Source: Nanobdellota archaeon (GTDB lineage Archaea; Nanobdellota; Nanobdellia; Pacearchaeales; GW2011-AR1). Taken from it: a stretch of 64,000 nt of DNA. The first letter of the stretch is position 1; each line of letters starts with the position of its first letter. The stretch lies in the NCBI GenBank assembly GCA_018830525.1, contig JAHJSH010000029.1, positions 105,697-169,696 on the forward strand, read 5' to 3'. This document shows, in pieces, positions 38,248 to 48,800 of the stretch. The translations under genes were made by a program, and so were the position numbers. The notes beneath the pieces were generated by a model. The model did no database searches and was not told the DNA's origin. It saw nothing but the letters and a program-made list of their open reading frames with translations.

Positions 38248-38328
38248 AACTAATCGTTTAACCGAATAACTATAGTTTTAACTGGATTCATGGCAAAAAG
38301 TTTGCTTATAAATCTAGTAGAAATAATA

Positions 38329-38344
38329 TTTTATCGTCGATAAA
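38329..38344. repeat. 16-bp inverted repeat, right arm
   Basis: TTTTATCGTCGATAAA is the reverse complement of 37170-37185. Confidence 0.8.
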
Positions 38345-38470
38345 TTAATAGTTTTTGGAGTAGGAGAGTTTGTGTATAAAATGGCCAAAAGTTGGTTATT
38401 TTAGTCTTATAATTCCCTTAACTTGAAAATTGTGTCTAAAGTAACGTTTAAAGTAAACGTTTCATGAATC

Positions 38471-39106
<636 letters not shown>

Positions 39107-39225
39107 TACTTTTTTAGAACTTTCTAGTTTATAATGTTAGTTGTTTTAAGAACTATAGTTCTGTTTTTAGTGTTTTTGAAAAAATCCTTTCATAATAGAA
39201 TTACTTTTGAGAATTTATTAAAATT

Positions 39226-39495
39226 TTATTGATGCTTTTTATAAATTTCGTATGCTTTGTTGGAGATTCTCCACCTTAATCTTCGTGAATATTGAAACCC
39301 TTGAGAATTTTTATCAATTTTTTTCACTAATTCTTTTTTTTCTAAATCTTTTAGCAAATCTTTCATGAATTCTTCGTCTCTTGCGAGCTCTTTTGCGATG
39401 TCAGAAGTGAAAACTTGTTTTGGGAATACAGAATATAAGTAGGAAAGTATTTGTTCGGCGATCTTCTCTTTTTTTTGGTCTGAAATTTTGGGCAT
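39226..39495 (-). CDS. Small winged-helix-like DNA-binding protein
   Basis: 89 aa, basic and helix-rich. Upstream sits TTTATAAAACCGAATAACT, a partial inverted copy of the 34828 and 38254 repeat. Confidence 0.4.
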   Translation of the reverse strand: MPKISDQKKEKIAEQILSYLYSVFPKQVFTSDIAKELARDEEFMKDLLKDLEKKELVKKIDKNSQGFQYSRRLRWRISNKAYEIYKKHQ

Positions 39496-39573
39496 ATTGC
39501 AATAAAGTTATTCGGTTTTATAATCTTTTGGTTTAATCGTAAGATTTATATTCTGATTTTCTATTGATAGGGA

Positions 39574-41133
39574 ATGAAATTGGGGTGGAAATTATTAATA
39601 GCCGTAGTTTTGCTCTTGTCATTGGGCTCTTTGTATTTAATAGAGGACAAATTTATGGGAAATGTTGTTTGGGAGCCGATTACTATGGTGGATAATTGTA
39701 GTGATACGGATATTCGGGCGCTTTGGAATGAGGTGTTCCCAACGATAAGCCCTATAGGTATAACTATTTTTAATAAAACTGGGACTAATTGTAAAGAGTT
39801 TGTCGCGTTGGAGCAAGTAGGGGTTGGACCGGTTTATTTTTTATATGGAAATAATACTTACACTTCTGAAATGAATATGACTTGGGTTAATGCGACTTAT
39901 GGTAATTTAACCTCTGTTGCGGCTGCGGCTGCGGCAGGACATACTGACTTCGCAGGAATATACTCTTTCCTACTTGGTCTTGATGAGGAAGATTTTATCG
40001 ATTGGGATGTGACAGATAACACAACGGCGATGACGAAGTTTCAGAATGTGATTGGTGCAACAGCACCTTATTTTATTGACGTTCCTACAAACACTGATTG
40101 GTTTGGTTTTTTGGACCTTGAGTTGGACATGCATGTTCCGGGTACTTCGACGTCATTGCTTTATGAAGGATATGTTTCAAAGAATTATTCTAGGGTGTCT
40201 ATGGGTTACTTTAATAGCTCTAGTTATACAGCTTTTGATGTTAACGCCCCAACACTCCTCGAGAATATCTCAGATTATAATTTCGAGCAGAATAGTTCTT
40301 GGAATACGGCGTTTGCTATCGCTGATCACTTTGTTATGGATCCTGATGTTTATGTGGGATTTAGTTATACTGGGGGGGGGACTAATGCTGGAGGGGTCTT
40401 GGTTAACTGGACGATTGAGAATGGACAGGTAAAGTTCAATCCAGCAACAGGTTTTAATGGTTCTCTCGAGTTTATGCTTTCGGCAATGGGAGATGGGGGG
40501 ACAACAGATTCCAATTTCTTTTGGGTTAATATCGTCCCCGATATTAATTATCCTCCGGTTTTTACAGGGATTATAGATGATATTCTTCTTAATCGAACTA
40601 CAAATTTGAGTATTTTCCTTGGTCAGTATTTTGAAGACCCCGATGAGACAACATTAATTTATAACGTTTCTAATGAGAATAACATGGGAATAGTTTTTGC
40701 GGGGGGAGAAATGTATATTTGGTTAAAATCTAATTTTACGGGTTTTGAGAATTTTAAGATTACGGCGAGCGACGGGGTTTACCAAATATCAAGTAATAAA
40801 ATCACTGTTTTTTTAGATAATAGTAGTGGTTCTAGTAGTGGAGAAGATCCTTTGGGGGATTTTGTGGATGATTCTACTTTGGTTGTCCCTAGAGGTCTTT
40901 CGGCCCCGGGGACGACAGAAAACAACTCAGGGGATGGTTCGGAGGGGGGAGGAAAAATAGGATTTTGGATTTTTATTATTGTTGGGGTTGTGTTGGTTTT
41001 GTCGGCTGTGGGAGTGGTAATTTATTTTAAATTCTTTGATCAAGGGCCTGTTCAAGGGCCTGTTCAGAAAAATACGGCAGTTAGTGATTATTTGAATAAG
41101 ATTAATTCTCAGAATTTTGAACAACAATACTAA
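39574..41133 (+). CDS. Large secreted surface (glyco)protein with C-terminal TM anchor
   Basis: N-terminal signal peptide, more than 20 NxS/T sequons and a C-terminal hydrophobic helix. It could be an S-layer or adhesin, or a virion envelope protein. Confidence 0.5.
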   Translation: MKLGWKLLIAVVLLLSLGSLYLIEDKFMGNVVWEPITMVDNCSDTDIRALWNEVFPTISPIGITIFNKTGTNCKEFVALEQVGVGPVYFLYGNNTYTSEMNMTWVNATYGNLTSVAAAAAAGHTDFAGIYSFLLGLDEEDFIDWDVTDNTTAMTKFQNVIGATAPYFIDVPTNTDWFGFLDLELDMHVPGTSTSLLYEGYVSKNYSRVSMGYFNSSSYTAFDVNAPTLLENISDYNFEQNSSWNTAFAIADHFVMDPDVYVGFSYTGGGTNAGGVLVNWTIENGQVKFNPATGFNGSLEFMLSAMGDGGTTDSNFFWVNIVPDINYPPVFTGIIDDILLNRTTNLSIFLGQYFEDPDETTLIYNVSNENNMGIVFAGGEMYIWLKSNFTGFENFKITASDGVYQISSNKITVFLDNSSGSSSGEDPLGDFVDDSTLVVPRGLSAPGTTENNSGDGSEGGGKIGFWIFIIVGVVLVLSAVGVVIYFKFFDQGPVQGPVQKNTAVSDYLNKINSQNFEQQY

Positions 41134-41141
41134 CACTCATA

Positions 41142-41188
41142 CCCGAATCGAACGGGGATGCCCCGAAGGGCCGCGGGTTCGAGCCGCC
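41142..41188 (-). repeat. Partial copy (anticodon arm to T-arm, 47 nt) of the adjacent tRNA-Ser; att-site-like
   Basis: 45 of 47 nt are identical to tRNA-Ser positions about 27-72, and the copy diverges at the acceptor. Confidence 0.8.
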
Positions 41189-41216
41189 ACTCTCAAAATT
41201 TGCGTTTCGTTAAAGA

Positions 41217-41297
41217 CGCCTGTACCCCGAATCGAACGGGGATGCCCCGAAGGGCCGCGGGTTCGAGCCGCGTGCGATACCATTACGCGATACAGGC
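41217..41297 (-). tRNA. tRNA-Ser(CGA)
   Basis: Minus strand: GCCUGUA acceptor, CGCGG-CUCGAAC-CCGCG anticodon arm, long variable arm GCCCUUCGGGGCAU, T-arm CCCCG-UUCGAUU-CGGGG and discriminator G. Confidence 0.8.
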
Positions 41298-41395
41298 ACA
41301 TGCTTAAAGCGAATTTTTTGGCAATACCAATTATGCGATACGAGCAACTTATTTAGTTATATTAATAGAAAAGAGATCTTATTAAAATTATGGAA

Positions 41396-41794
41396 TTATT
41401 TCTTTAAGCTTAATAAGGGGAGTTGGATATGGAGAGGTAACCCAAGTTCGTCTTCAAGAGCGAAGGCCTTAATCGACGATTTTCTGATGATTAGATTTGT
41501 AATCGCTACCTGTTCTTCTGTGTCGAATTTTTTATCCTTCCAAGATTTTTGGATTTCTTTGATGGTTTTAGAGTCTGCCGAAACAAACAGAGTTCCTTCA
41601 ATAGAGATGTTTCCTAATTCTTTGTAATCGACCACTAATTCATAATCTATTTTTAGGGAATCTTTCGAATCTTTAAATTTGTCGATGTTGACAAGTTTGA
41701 CGTTTGTGCTAATTTCTAATTGGCCCGAAAATTCTGGTTTTCTCTCTCCAGAGAGTTTAGAAAATCTTGCACCGAGTAATTTTATTTCTGCCAT
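41396..41794 (-). CDS. Hypothetical protein
   Basis: 132-aa ORF with no motif. Confidence 0.35.
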   Translation of the reverse strand: MAEIKLLGARFSKLSGERKPEFSGQLEISTNVKLVNIDKFKDSKDSLKIDYELVVDYKELGNISIEGTLFVSADSKTIKEIQKSWKDKKFDTEEQVAITNLIIRKSSIKAFALEDELGLPLHIQLPLLSLKK

Positions 41795-41896
41795 GTTTAA
41801 TTTTGATAATTTGAGTTTATAAAACTTCCTGTAAACTTTATAAACAAATGTTTATTGCTTTACCTGATTGGTGTCTCTGGTGGGCTATAAATCTTT

Positions 41897-42151
41897 TTAT
41901 AATAAATCTTCTTCGGAAACTACTATAAAGTCGCCGACTGCGATTACTGCATTGTATGGAATTAATGCTTCCCTATCTTTTGTTCTTTCTAAAGATAAAT
42001 TCGAGGTATAAGGTGTTAGATCTCTGAGGACAATATGGATTAATTCCCCAGTTCTTGCCTCGAAAGTAATGTCTTTTACAACCCCTAGTTTTTTCCCTTC
42101 TTTTGTTACAATTTGTTTCCCGAGAAGAGCTTTGAAAGGTTTTTTATCCAT
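41897..42151 (-). CDS. PRC-barrel domain protein
   Basis: 84 aa; GKQIVTKEGKKLGVVKDITFE...IPYNAVIAVGDFIVV is PRC-barrel-like. Confidence 0.5.
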   Translation of the reverse strand: MDKKPFKALLGKQIVTKEGKKLGVVKDITFEARTGELIHIVLRDLTPYTSNLSLERTKDREALIPYNAVIAVGDFIVVSEEDLL

Positions 42152-42299
42152 GGGTTGATTAGATGTAAATTGTTTATAAATCTTTCTTTTGGATTTTTAT
42201 TGAATAATAGTAGTGAAGTAATTAGATTTTTAGAGAGATTTTTAAATATTGGGGTGGGAATTATAAGGATTGTGCGAACTTTATTATTTTTTATCTCCT

Positions 42300-42740
42300 G
42301 ACCCTATGGTTGCGTATGGAAAGATTTATAAAAGTTTTTAGGGATTTTTGAATTTTATTTTATAATTTTTATTTATAAATATTTATATTATATATTATAT
42401 ATATTATATTATATACTATTAGTATATCTATATTTCAATTTAGTATATTTTAGTATAACTGTATTTCAATTTAGTATATTTTAGTATAACCTTTTTTAGA
42501 AAAGTGGGGGTGGTGATAAAAATATTTAATATTATTTTTTATTTCCTTTGGAGGGGAAATAAGGGGGTCAGAGGATATTGCTCTTAAATTGATCTATCGA
42601 GGGGGGGTTTTTGTTTTTTTGTGATGATTTTTGTTTTTTTGGATGTTATTACTTCTAGATGAAATGGTGGTGGTGAGGGTATGATTTCCAGTATATGAAA
42701 GTTTAAATAGTTCAAAGTTTGGGGTTATTTATGGGTGTAA
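42300..42740. other. Putative chromosomal replication origin (oriC) upstream of orc1/cdc6
   Basis: A very AT-rich (ATATT)n tract, a 29-bp tandem direct repeat x2 (42431-42459, 42462-42490), a palindromic ORB-like ATTTCCTTTGGAGGGGAAAT + G-string (42541-42570), and AGTGGKGGTGGTGA x2. Gene order oriC-cdc6-polD follows, as in Euryarchaeota. Confidence 0.55.
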
Positions 42741-42743
42741 AAA

Positions 42744-43958
42744 ATGGGTGTTGAATTAGGAGATATTTTTAATTCGGCGGTAAATAATAGTTTATTTAAG
42801 AATAAGGGGGTTTTACAGGCCCGTTATACTCCAGAGTCAATTCCTCATAGGGATGTTCAGATTAAATCTATCGCAGGAATTTTGGCTTCAACATTGAGGG
42901 GAGAGCGCCCGAGTAATCTTTTTGTCTATGGGAAAACCGGAACGGGAAAGACACTTTCGGTTTTGTATGTTCGAGATGAGTTGATAAAAAAGGCGGAGGA
43001 ACTAAATGTTGATGTTCGGTTTGAATATCTTAATTGCAAATTGAAGAAGGTTGCGGACACAGAATATAGGATTTTGGCTGCATTGATTGGTCAGTTGGGT
43101 GGGTCGGTTCCTTCCACGGGTCTTCCGACGGACCAGGTTTGGTCTAAGTTTATCGAGTTGGTGGATAGCAAGAAACAATTGATTGTTTTTATTTTGGATG
43201 AGGTTGATCAAGCGGTGAAGAAGATGAGTGATAATTTTCTTTATTCCTTGACGAGGCTTAATGCTGAATTGAGCCAGGCGCAGATTTCTATTATTGGGAT
43301 TTCTAATGATGTAACTTTTTTAGAGAATATAGATCCTCGTGTTCGTTCGAGTCTTGGTGAGGAGGAGTTTGTTTTTCCACCTTATAATGCTCCTCAATTG
43401 ATTGATATTCTTAAGGGGCGTTGTGAGGGGGCTTTTAAAGTGAGCGTTATTGAAGAGGGGGTTGTTGAAAAGTGCGCGGCTTATGCGGCCCGGGAACATG
43501 GTGACGCGCGTCGTGCTTTAGATTTATTGAGGATTGCAGGAGAATTAAGTGAGCGTGAGGGTGAAGAGCATGTGGGGGAAAAATATATTGATTTAGCGAA
43601 TAGAAAGATGGAGAGGGACAAGATTTTGGATATTGTGGAGGCTGAGCCGAAGCAGTTTCAATTGGTCTTGTATTCTATCCTGCGTTTGACCCGGCAGGCA
43701 AAAGAAGGAGGGCTTGAGAGGTTTTATACGGGGGATGTCTATAATTATTATCGTTCGGTTTGCGAACAAACGAAGACGGACGCTCTAACACAGAGGAGGA
43801 TTTCAGATATTATCGCAGAGATTGATATGTTGGGGTTGATTAATGCGAAGGTCATTTCTAAAGGACGACATGGTCGTACTAGAGAGATTAAACTTTCGGT
43901 TCCTTCGAATTTGTTTGATAAGGTCGAAGATATTTTGAATGAGAGTTTGGGTTTGTAG
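42744..43958 (+). CDS. cdc6: Orc1/Cdc6 replication initiator
   Basis: Walker A GKTGTGKT, AAA+ body and a C-terminal winged helix. Confidence 0.9.
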   Translation: MGVELGDIFNSAVNNSLFKNKGVLQARYTPESIPHRDVQIKSIAGILASTLRGERPSNLFVYGKTGTGKTLSVLYVRDELIKKAEELNVDVRFEYLNCKLKKVADTEYRILAALIGQLGGSVPSTGLPTDQVWSKFIELVDSKKQLIVFILDEVDQAVKKMSDNFLYSLTRLNAELSQAQISIIGISNDVTFLENIDPRVRSSLGEEEFVFPPYNAPQLIDILKGRCEGAFKVSVIEEGVVEKCAAYAAREHGDARRALDLLRIAGELSEREGEEHVGEKYIDLANRKMERDKILDIVEAEPKQFQLVLYSILRLTRQAKEGGLERFYTGDVYNYYRSVCEQTKTDALTQRRISDIIAEIDMLGLINAKVISKGRHGRTREIKLSVPSNLFDKVEDILNESLGL

Positions 43959-44190
43959 CGTTGTTGCTTTGAAGTGAGACTAAGATTATATAAAGAGCTG
44001 CGATTTACTTGAAATATAAGGGCCCGAAAAATGGCCCGTACTGAGGACAATTCCCATCGGAATGTAGTTTCCTCGTTTTTAAAATGGCAAAAGCAAATCA
44101 AGGATTTCCGATCGCCATTTTTGGAAAACTTAAAAATGGCAAGTGAAATATTGAAACTTTGTATGAGTAAAGTGACATCAGAGGTGTCTC

Positions 44191-45855
44191 ATGTTTTCAT
44201 CCAACCGGAGGTTTTTCATGGCGGATAATATTTTGCGCGACTGTATGAAAAAAGGATTTCTTTTAGACAAGGAGATGTTGGGGTTACTTTCTGATTTGAC
44301 AGAGGAGGGTGTGGCAAATGTTATTGGGGTCCTTGGTAATTTGGGGATTGAGGAGAGGGTGATTAATAAGAGATTGTTTGAAAAACATTTTGATAAATTT
44401 AGGGGCCTGTTGATTGCTGAGCAAGGTCAGGACGAAATTCATAATTTTTTCGAAGGGTTGGGTTATAAGAAGGAGGAGGAGATTATAGGGGGGGCGGTTG
44501 AAGAAGATGAGGGGGTGTGTGGGAAGGTTAAATTGATTTCTGCGCCGGCGTTTCCACAGAAGAAAATTGAAGTGGGAGATTTTGTTAAACATTTTCGCTC
44601 CCGTTATGAGTCAATTAAATCGATGTTGGAAAACAGAGATTTTGAGAATTTGACTTCGATTCGGAAAATTGGGCAAGATAGGGGTAGCTATACTATTATT
44701 GCTGCGGTTTTTGGGAAAAGGATTACGAAGAATAAGAATTTGTTTTTGGAAGTTGAAGATTTAACTGGAAATTCTATTGTTTTGATTAACCAGAATAAGA
44801 AGGAGGTTTTTGAGAAGGCGAAAGATTTGTTGAACGATGATATTGTCGCGTTTAATGTTTCTGGAACTTCGGAGATGTTGTTTGCTAATGATGTGATTTT
44901 TCCAGAAGCAAGTTTGTCCGAGAAGAGATATAGTGATTTTGATGAGTATGTTGCATTCGCGGGGGATTTTCATGCAGGTTCGACTATGTTTTTGGAGAAG
45001 AATCTTTTGAAGTTTATTAAGTGGTTGAATGGGGCAGAGGGAGATGAGAAGCAGAGGGCACTCGCGAAAAAGGTTAAATATCTTTTATTGACAGGAGATA
45101 ATATTGATGGAGTTGGTCATTATCCTGGGCAGGAGAAGTACCTGACTCATCTGACTTCTCGAGGCCAATATGATAAAGTCGAAGAGATTATTAAATTGAT
45201 TCGAAAAGATATTAAGATTATTATGTGCCCCGGGCAGCACGACGCGGTTTGGGTTGGGGAACCTCAACCAATAATCGGCGAGAGGTTTGCCGAAGGATTG
45301 CATCACATTGATAATCTGACTTTAGTTCCTAATCCTGCATTGATTGAAATTGATGGAGGATTTCGGATTTTGATGTATCATGGGGCGAGTATAAATAGAT
45401 TTATTGATGAGATCCCAGATATTCGAACTAAGTTTGGGCATACTTCTCCTACAAGGGTTGTGCGGGAGATGTTGAAGAGAAGGCATCTCGCCCCGATTCA
45501 TGGGGGTATGGATTATATTCCTTGTGAACGTGGAGACCCGATGGTGATTGATAAGATCCCGGACATTATTGCTACGGCGGACCAGCATCGTGCGGAAGTC
45601 TCAACATATAATAATATTTTGATGATTGCAAGTTCATGCTGGCAATCAATGACCCCGTTTGAGGAAAAAGTTGGAAATGTTCCCGATCCTTGTAAGGTTC
45701 CCCTGTTTAATTTGAAAACTAGGGAGATTAAGATGCTTGATTTTTCTGATGAGTTGAAAGAGATTGAATGTGCTCCAGGAGGGCATGACCCTACTGGCTC
45801 TGAAGACGGTGAGGAGTTAGTTTGTAAATTGGAGGGAAAAGATGGTAGCTCATAA
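44191..45855 (+). CDS. polB: DNA polymerase II (PolD) small subunit DP1
   Basis: OB and calcineurin-like phosphoesterase motifs (GDFHAGS, GNHD-like), next to DP2. The true start may be the Met at 44218. Confidence 0.85.
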   Translation: MFSSNRRFFMADNILRDCMKKGFLLDKEMLGLLSDLTEEGVANVIGVLGNLGIEERVINKRLFEKHFDKFRGLLIAEQGQDEIHNFFEGLGYKKEEEIIGGAVEEDEGVCGKVKLISAPAFPQKKIEVGDFVKHFRSRYESIKSMLENRDFENLTSIRKIGQDRGSYTIIAAVFGKRITKNKNLFLEVEDLTGNSIVLINQNKKEVFEKAKDLLNDDIVAFNVSGTSEMLFANDVIFPEASLSEKRYSDFDEYVAFAGDFHAGSTMFLEKNLLKFIKWLNGAEGDEKQRALAKKVKYLLLTGDNIDGVGHYPGQEKYLTHLTSRGQYDKVEEIIKLIRKDIKIIMCPGQHDAVWVGEPQPIIGERFAEGLHHIDNLTLVPNPALIEIDGGFRILMYHGASINRFIDEIPDIRTKFGHTSPTRVVREMLKRRHLAPIHGGMDYIPCERGDPMVIDKIPDIIATADQHRAEVSTYNNILMIASSCWQSMTPFEEKVGNVPDPCKVPLFNLKTREIKMLDFSDELKEIECAPGGHDPTGSEDGEELVCKLEGKDGSS

Positions 45856-48800
45856 AAAAGAAAAGTATGATTGGGATACGGAGAAATATTTTACTGATTT
45901 GAAGACAGGGGTCGATAAAGAATATGTGGTTGCTAATGCTGCTAGGGCGAAGGGAATTGATCCTACAGACCATGTGGAGATTCCTTTAGCGATGACTATG
46001 GCAGAGAAGTCTGTGGGGTTGGTTACGACAATTTATCCTGATATCCCTATTAAGGAGATTAGTGATAGGATGTTAGAGTTGGAGGAAAAGTATGGGCAGT
46101 TGGATACGACGGTTGCGTTTGATATTGCTCGAGAGATTGCCGAGGAAAAGTATTGTAAGTTTAAGGATCAATTGGAAGCGATTGATTGCGGGATTCGTGT
46201 GGGGTTTGCTTATATCACCCTAGGAGTTGTTGCGTCCCCGATTGAAGGTTATACTGGTTTGCAATTAGGTAAGACTCGGGATGGGAAAGATTATTTCATT
46301 GCGAATTTTAGTGGGCCAATTCGTTCTGCCGGTACGACAGCGACTTGTGTTGTTCTGATGCTAATTGATTATCTGCGAGAACATTTCGGGTATGCGAAAT
46401 ACGACCCTGATGATACTGAGGTGAAGAGGTATGTTACTGAGAATATAGATTATCATGAGAGGGTTACGAATTTACAGTATTTCCCGACAGAGGAAGAGAT
46501 GATTTTTTTGGCTAAACATTTGCCGATTCAGATTTCTGGGGATCCTACGGAGAAGAGAGAGGTTTCGAATTATAAGGATTTGCCGAGGGTTTCTTCTAAT
46601 TTTATCCGGGGGGGGATGTGTTTGACTTTTAGTGAGGGTCTTGCGCAAAAGGCGGCGAAGGGAGTGATGCGGTTGAGTAGTCCGAAGAAGCATGGTTTGA
46701 TTTGTACGGGTTTTGATTGGTTGGAGGAATATTTAGTGCTTCACAAAAAGCGGGAGAAAGGGAGTGGAGATGTTATTGCAACATATATCAAAGATTTGGT
46801 TGCCGGGCGTCCGGTTTACGGGCATCCTTCTGCTCCGGGGGGATTTAGATTCAGGTATGGTCGGAGTCGGGCCGCGGGTTTCTCTGCAGTTTCTATTCAT
46901 CCAGCGACTATGGGAATTACAAATGGATTTTTGTCTCAGGGTACTCAGTTGAAAATTGAGAAACCTACTAAAGGGTGCATTATCACTTCCTGTGATCATC
47001 TTGATGGACCGATTGTTAAGTTGTTTGATGGTTCGGTCAAAAAGATTAGTGATTTTGAAGAATCGAAGGAGATTTACAAAGATGTCGAGGAGATTATTTA
47101 TTTGGGAGATATTCTTTTTCCGTTAGGAGATGTTATTGACCGGAATGCGATGTTGCCTAAGCCGGGTTATGTCGAGGAATGGTGGGAATTGGAGCTCAAG
47201 GAAAAGATGGAAGTGACTGGGGAGAGTTTTGAAGGTAATGCTTTTGATATTTCACTTGAAGAGGCTGTGGGGATTAGTGAGAAATATTCTTTGCCGTTAC
47301 ATCCCTCTCATATTTTTTATTGGAATCAAATTTCTAAGGAGGATTTTATAGGGTTAATGGATTGGGTGCAGAAAGGTATTTGGCGAGGGCGATTGGTTTT
47401 GCCTTGGGAAAGTTCTATTCGTGGAAAATTTAAAGAAGCAAAGAGGGCCTTAGAAATTTTAGGGGTGGAGCATCAAGTTGTTTTAGATAATGTTGTTGTA
47501 GCTAAAGATGCTAAATCTTTTCTTGTAAATTTGGGATTGCCGTTTATGAAAGAAGGAGATAATTTGAAGGGAGAGGTTAAGAAAATTATTGAAGGAGAGC
47601 TTGGTAGTGATGTCTTGGAGATTGTGAATAAATTTTCAAAATATAAAATCAAAGATAAGGCCGGAACTTTTATTGGGACTCGAATGGGTCGGCCAGAAAA
47701 GGCGAAGCTTCGGAAATTGACAGGAGGCCCAAGTGTATTGTTCCCGATTTCAGATCAAGGGGGGAGATTAAGGAGTGTGCAGGCTGCGGTCGAGGTAGGA
47801 TATATTAAATCTGACTGGCCGATTTTCAAATGTGGTTGTGGGACTGAAACGATTTATCCCGTCTGCGAAAAATGTGGGGAGAAAACTAAGCAGATGTATT
47901 ATTGTAGAGATTGTCGTGTGGCAAAAGAAGAGAAGTGTAAACAGCACGAAGATAATTGTTATAAGTTTTCTAATCGAAAAATTGATTCTAAACATTATTT
48001 TAAAGTTGCACAGGAATTGCTGGGCTATGAGAATTGGGAGATTCCTCCATTGATTAAAGGTGTTAGGGGAACAAGTAGTGATAGTCATGATTTTGAGAAT
48101 TTGGCGAAGGGAATTCTTCGATCGAAGTATAATCTTTGTGTGAATAAAGATGGGACGATTCGTTATGATGGGACTGAGATTCCGTTGACACATTTTAAGC
48201 CGCATGAGATTCGGACGAGTATTGAGAAGTTGAGAGAGTTGGGTTATGAGAAAGATCTGTATGGAGATGATTTGGTTAATGAAAATCAGATTTTGGAATT
48301 GAGGCCGCATGATGTTGTTTTGTCTTCGTGCTCGGTTACGGCGGATGAAAAGGCTGATGATGTTTTTCTTAATATTGCAAATTTTGTTGATGAAGAGTTA
48401 GAAAAATTATATGGTTTGCCAAAATATTATAATTTGAAATCGAAGGAAGATTTGGTTGGGCAGTTGGTTACTTGTATGGCTCCTCATAATTGTGCGGGGG
48501 TTATCGGGCGGATAATCGGGTTTAGTGAATTACAGGGGTTGGTTGCTTCACCTTATATGCATGCCGCTATGCGTCGAGACTGTTTTGATTATAATACATA
48601 TATCTCTATAAAACAAGGCAATGTTTGGAGAAATATTAAAATTGGCGAATTAATTGAAAAATTAAATCCAGAGAAGATTGTTGATGATTATAGGACTATG
48701 GAAAAAAAAGTTAAGGGATTTAAAACAATTGGATTTAATAAGGGATTAAAGGAGGTTGGAGTTAATAATTTTACAAAACATAAAAGATTACAGATGTTAG

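Noticed and set aside
41117-41356. ORF 41117-41356 (+)
   Set aside because: The frame runs through tRNA-Ser and its partial duplicate (repeated RIERGCPEGPRVRA peptide). It is a translation artefact.
42300-42540. CRISPR array in the AT-rich repeat region
   Set aside because: There are only two copies of a 29-bp unit with a 2-bp spacer, plus simple ATATT tracts. There is no repeat-spacer architecture and no cas genes. It is interpreted as origin or DNA-unwinding-element repeats.
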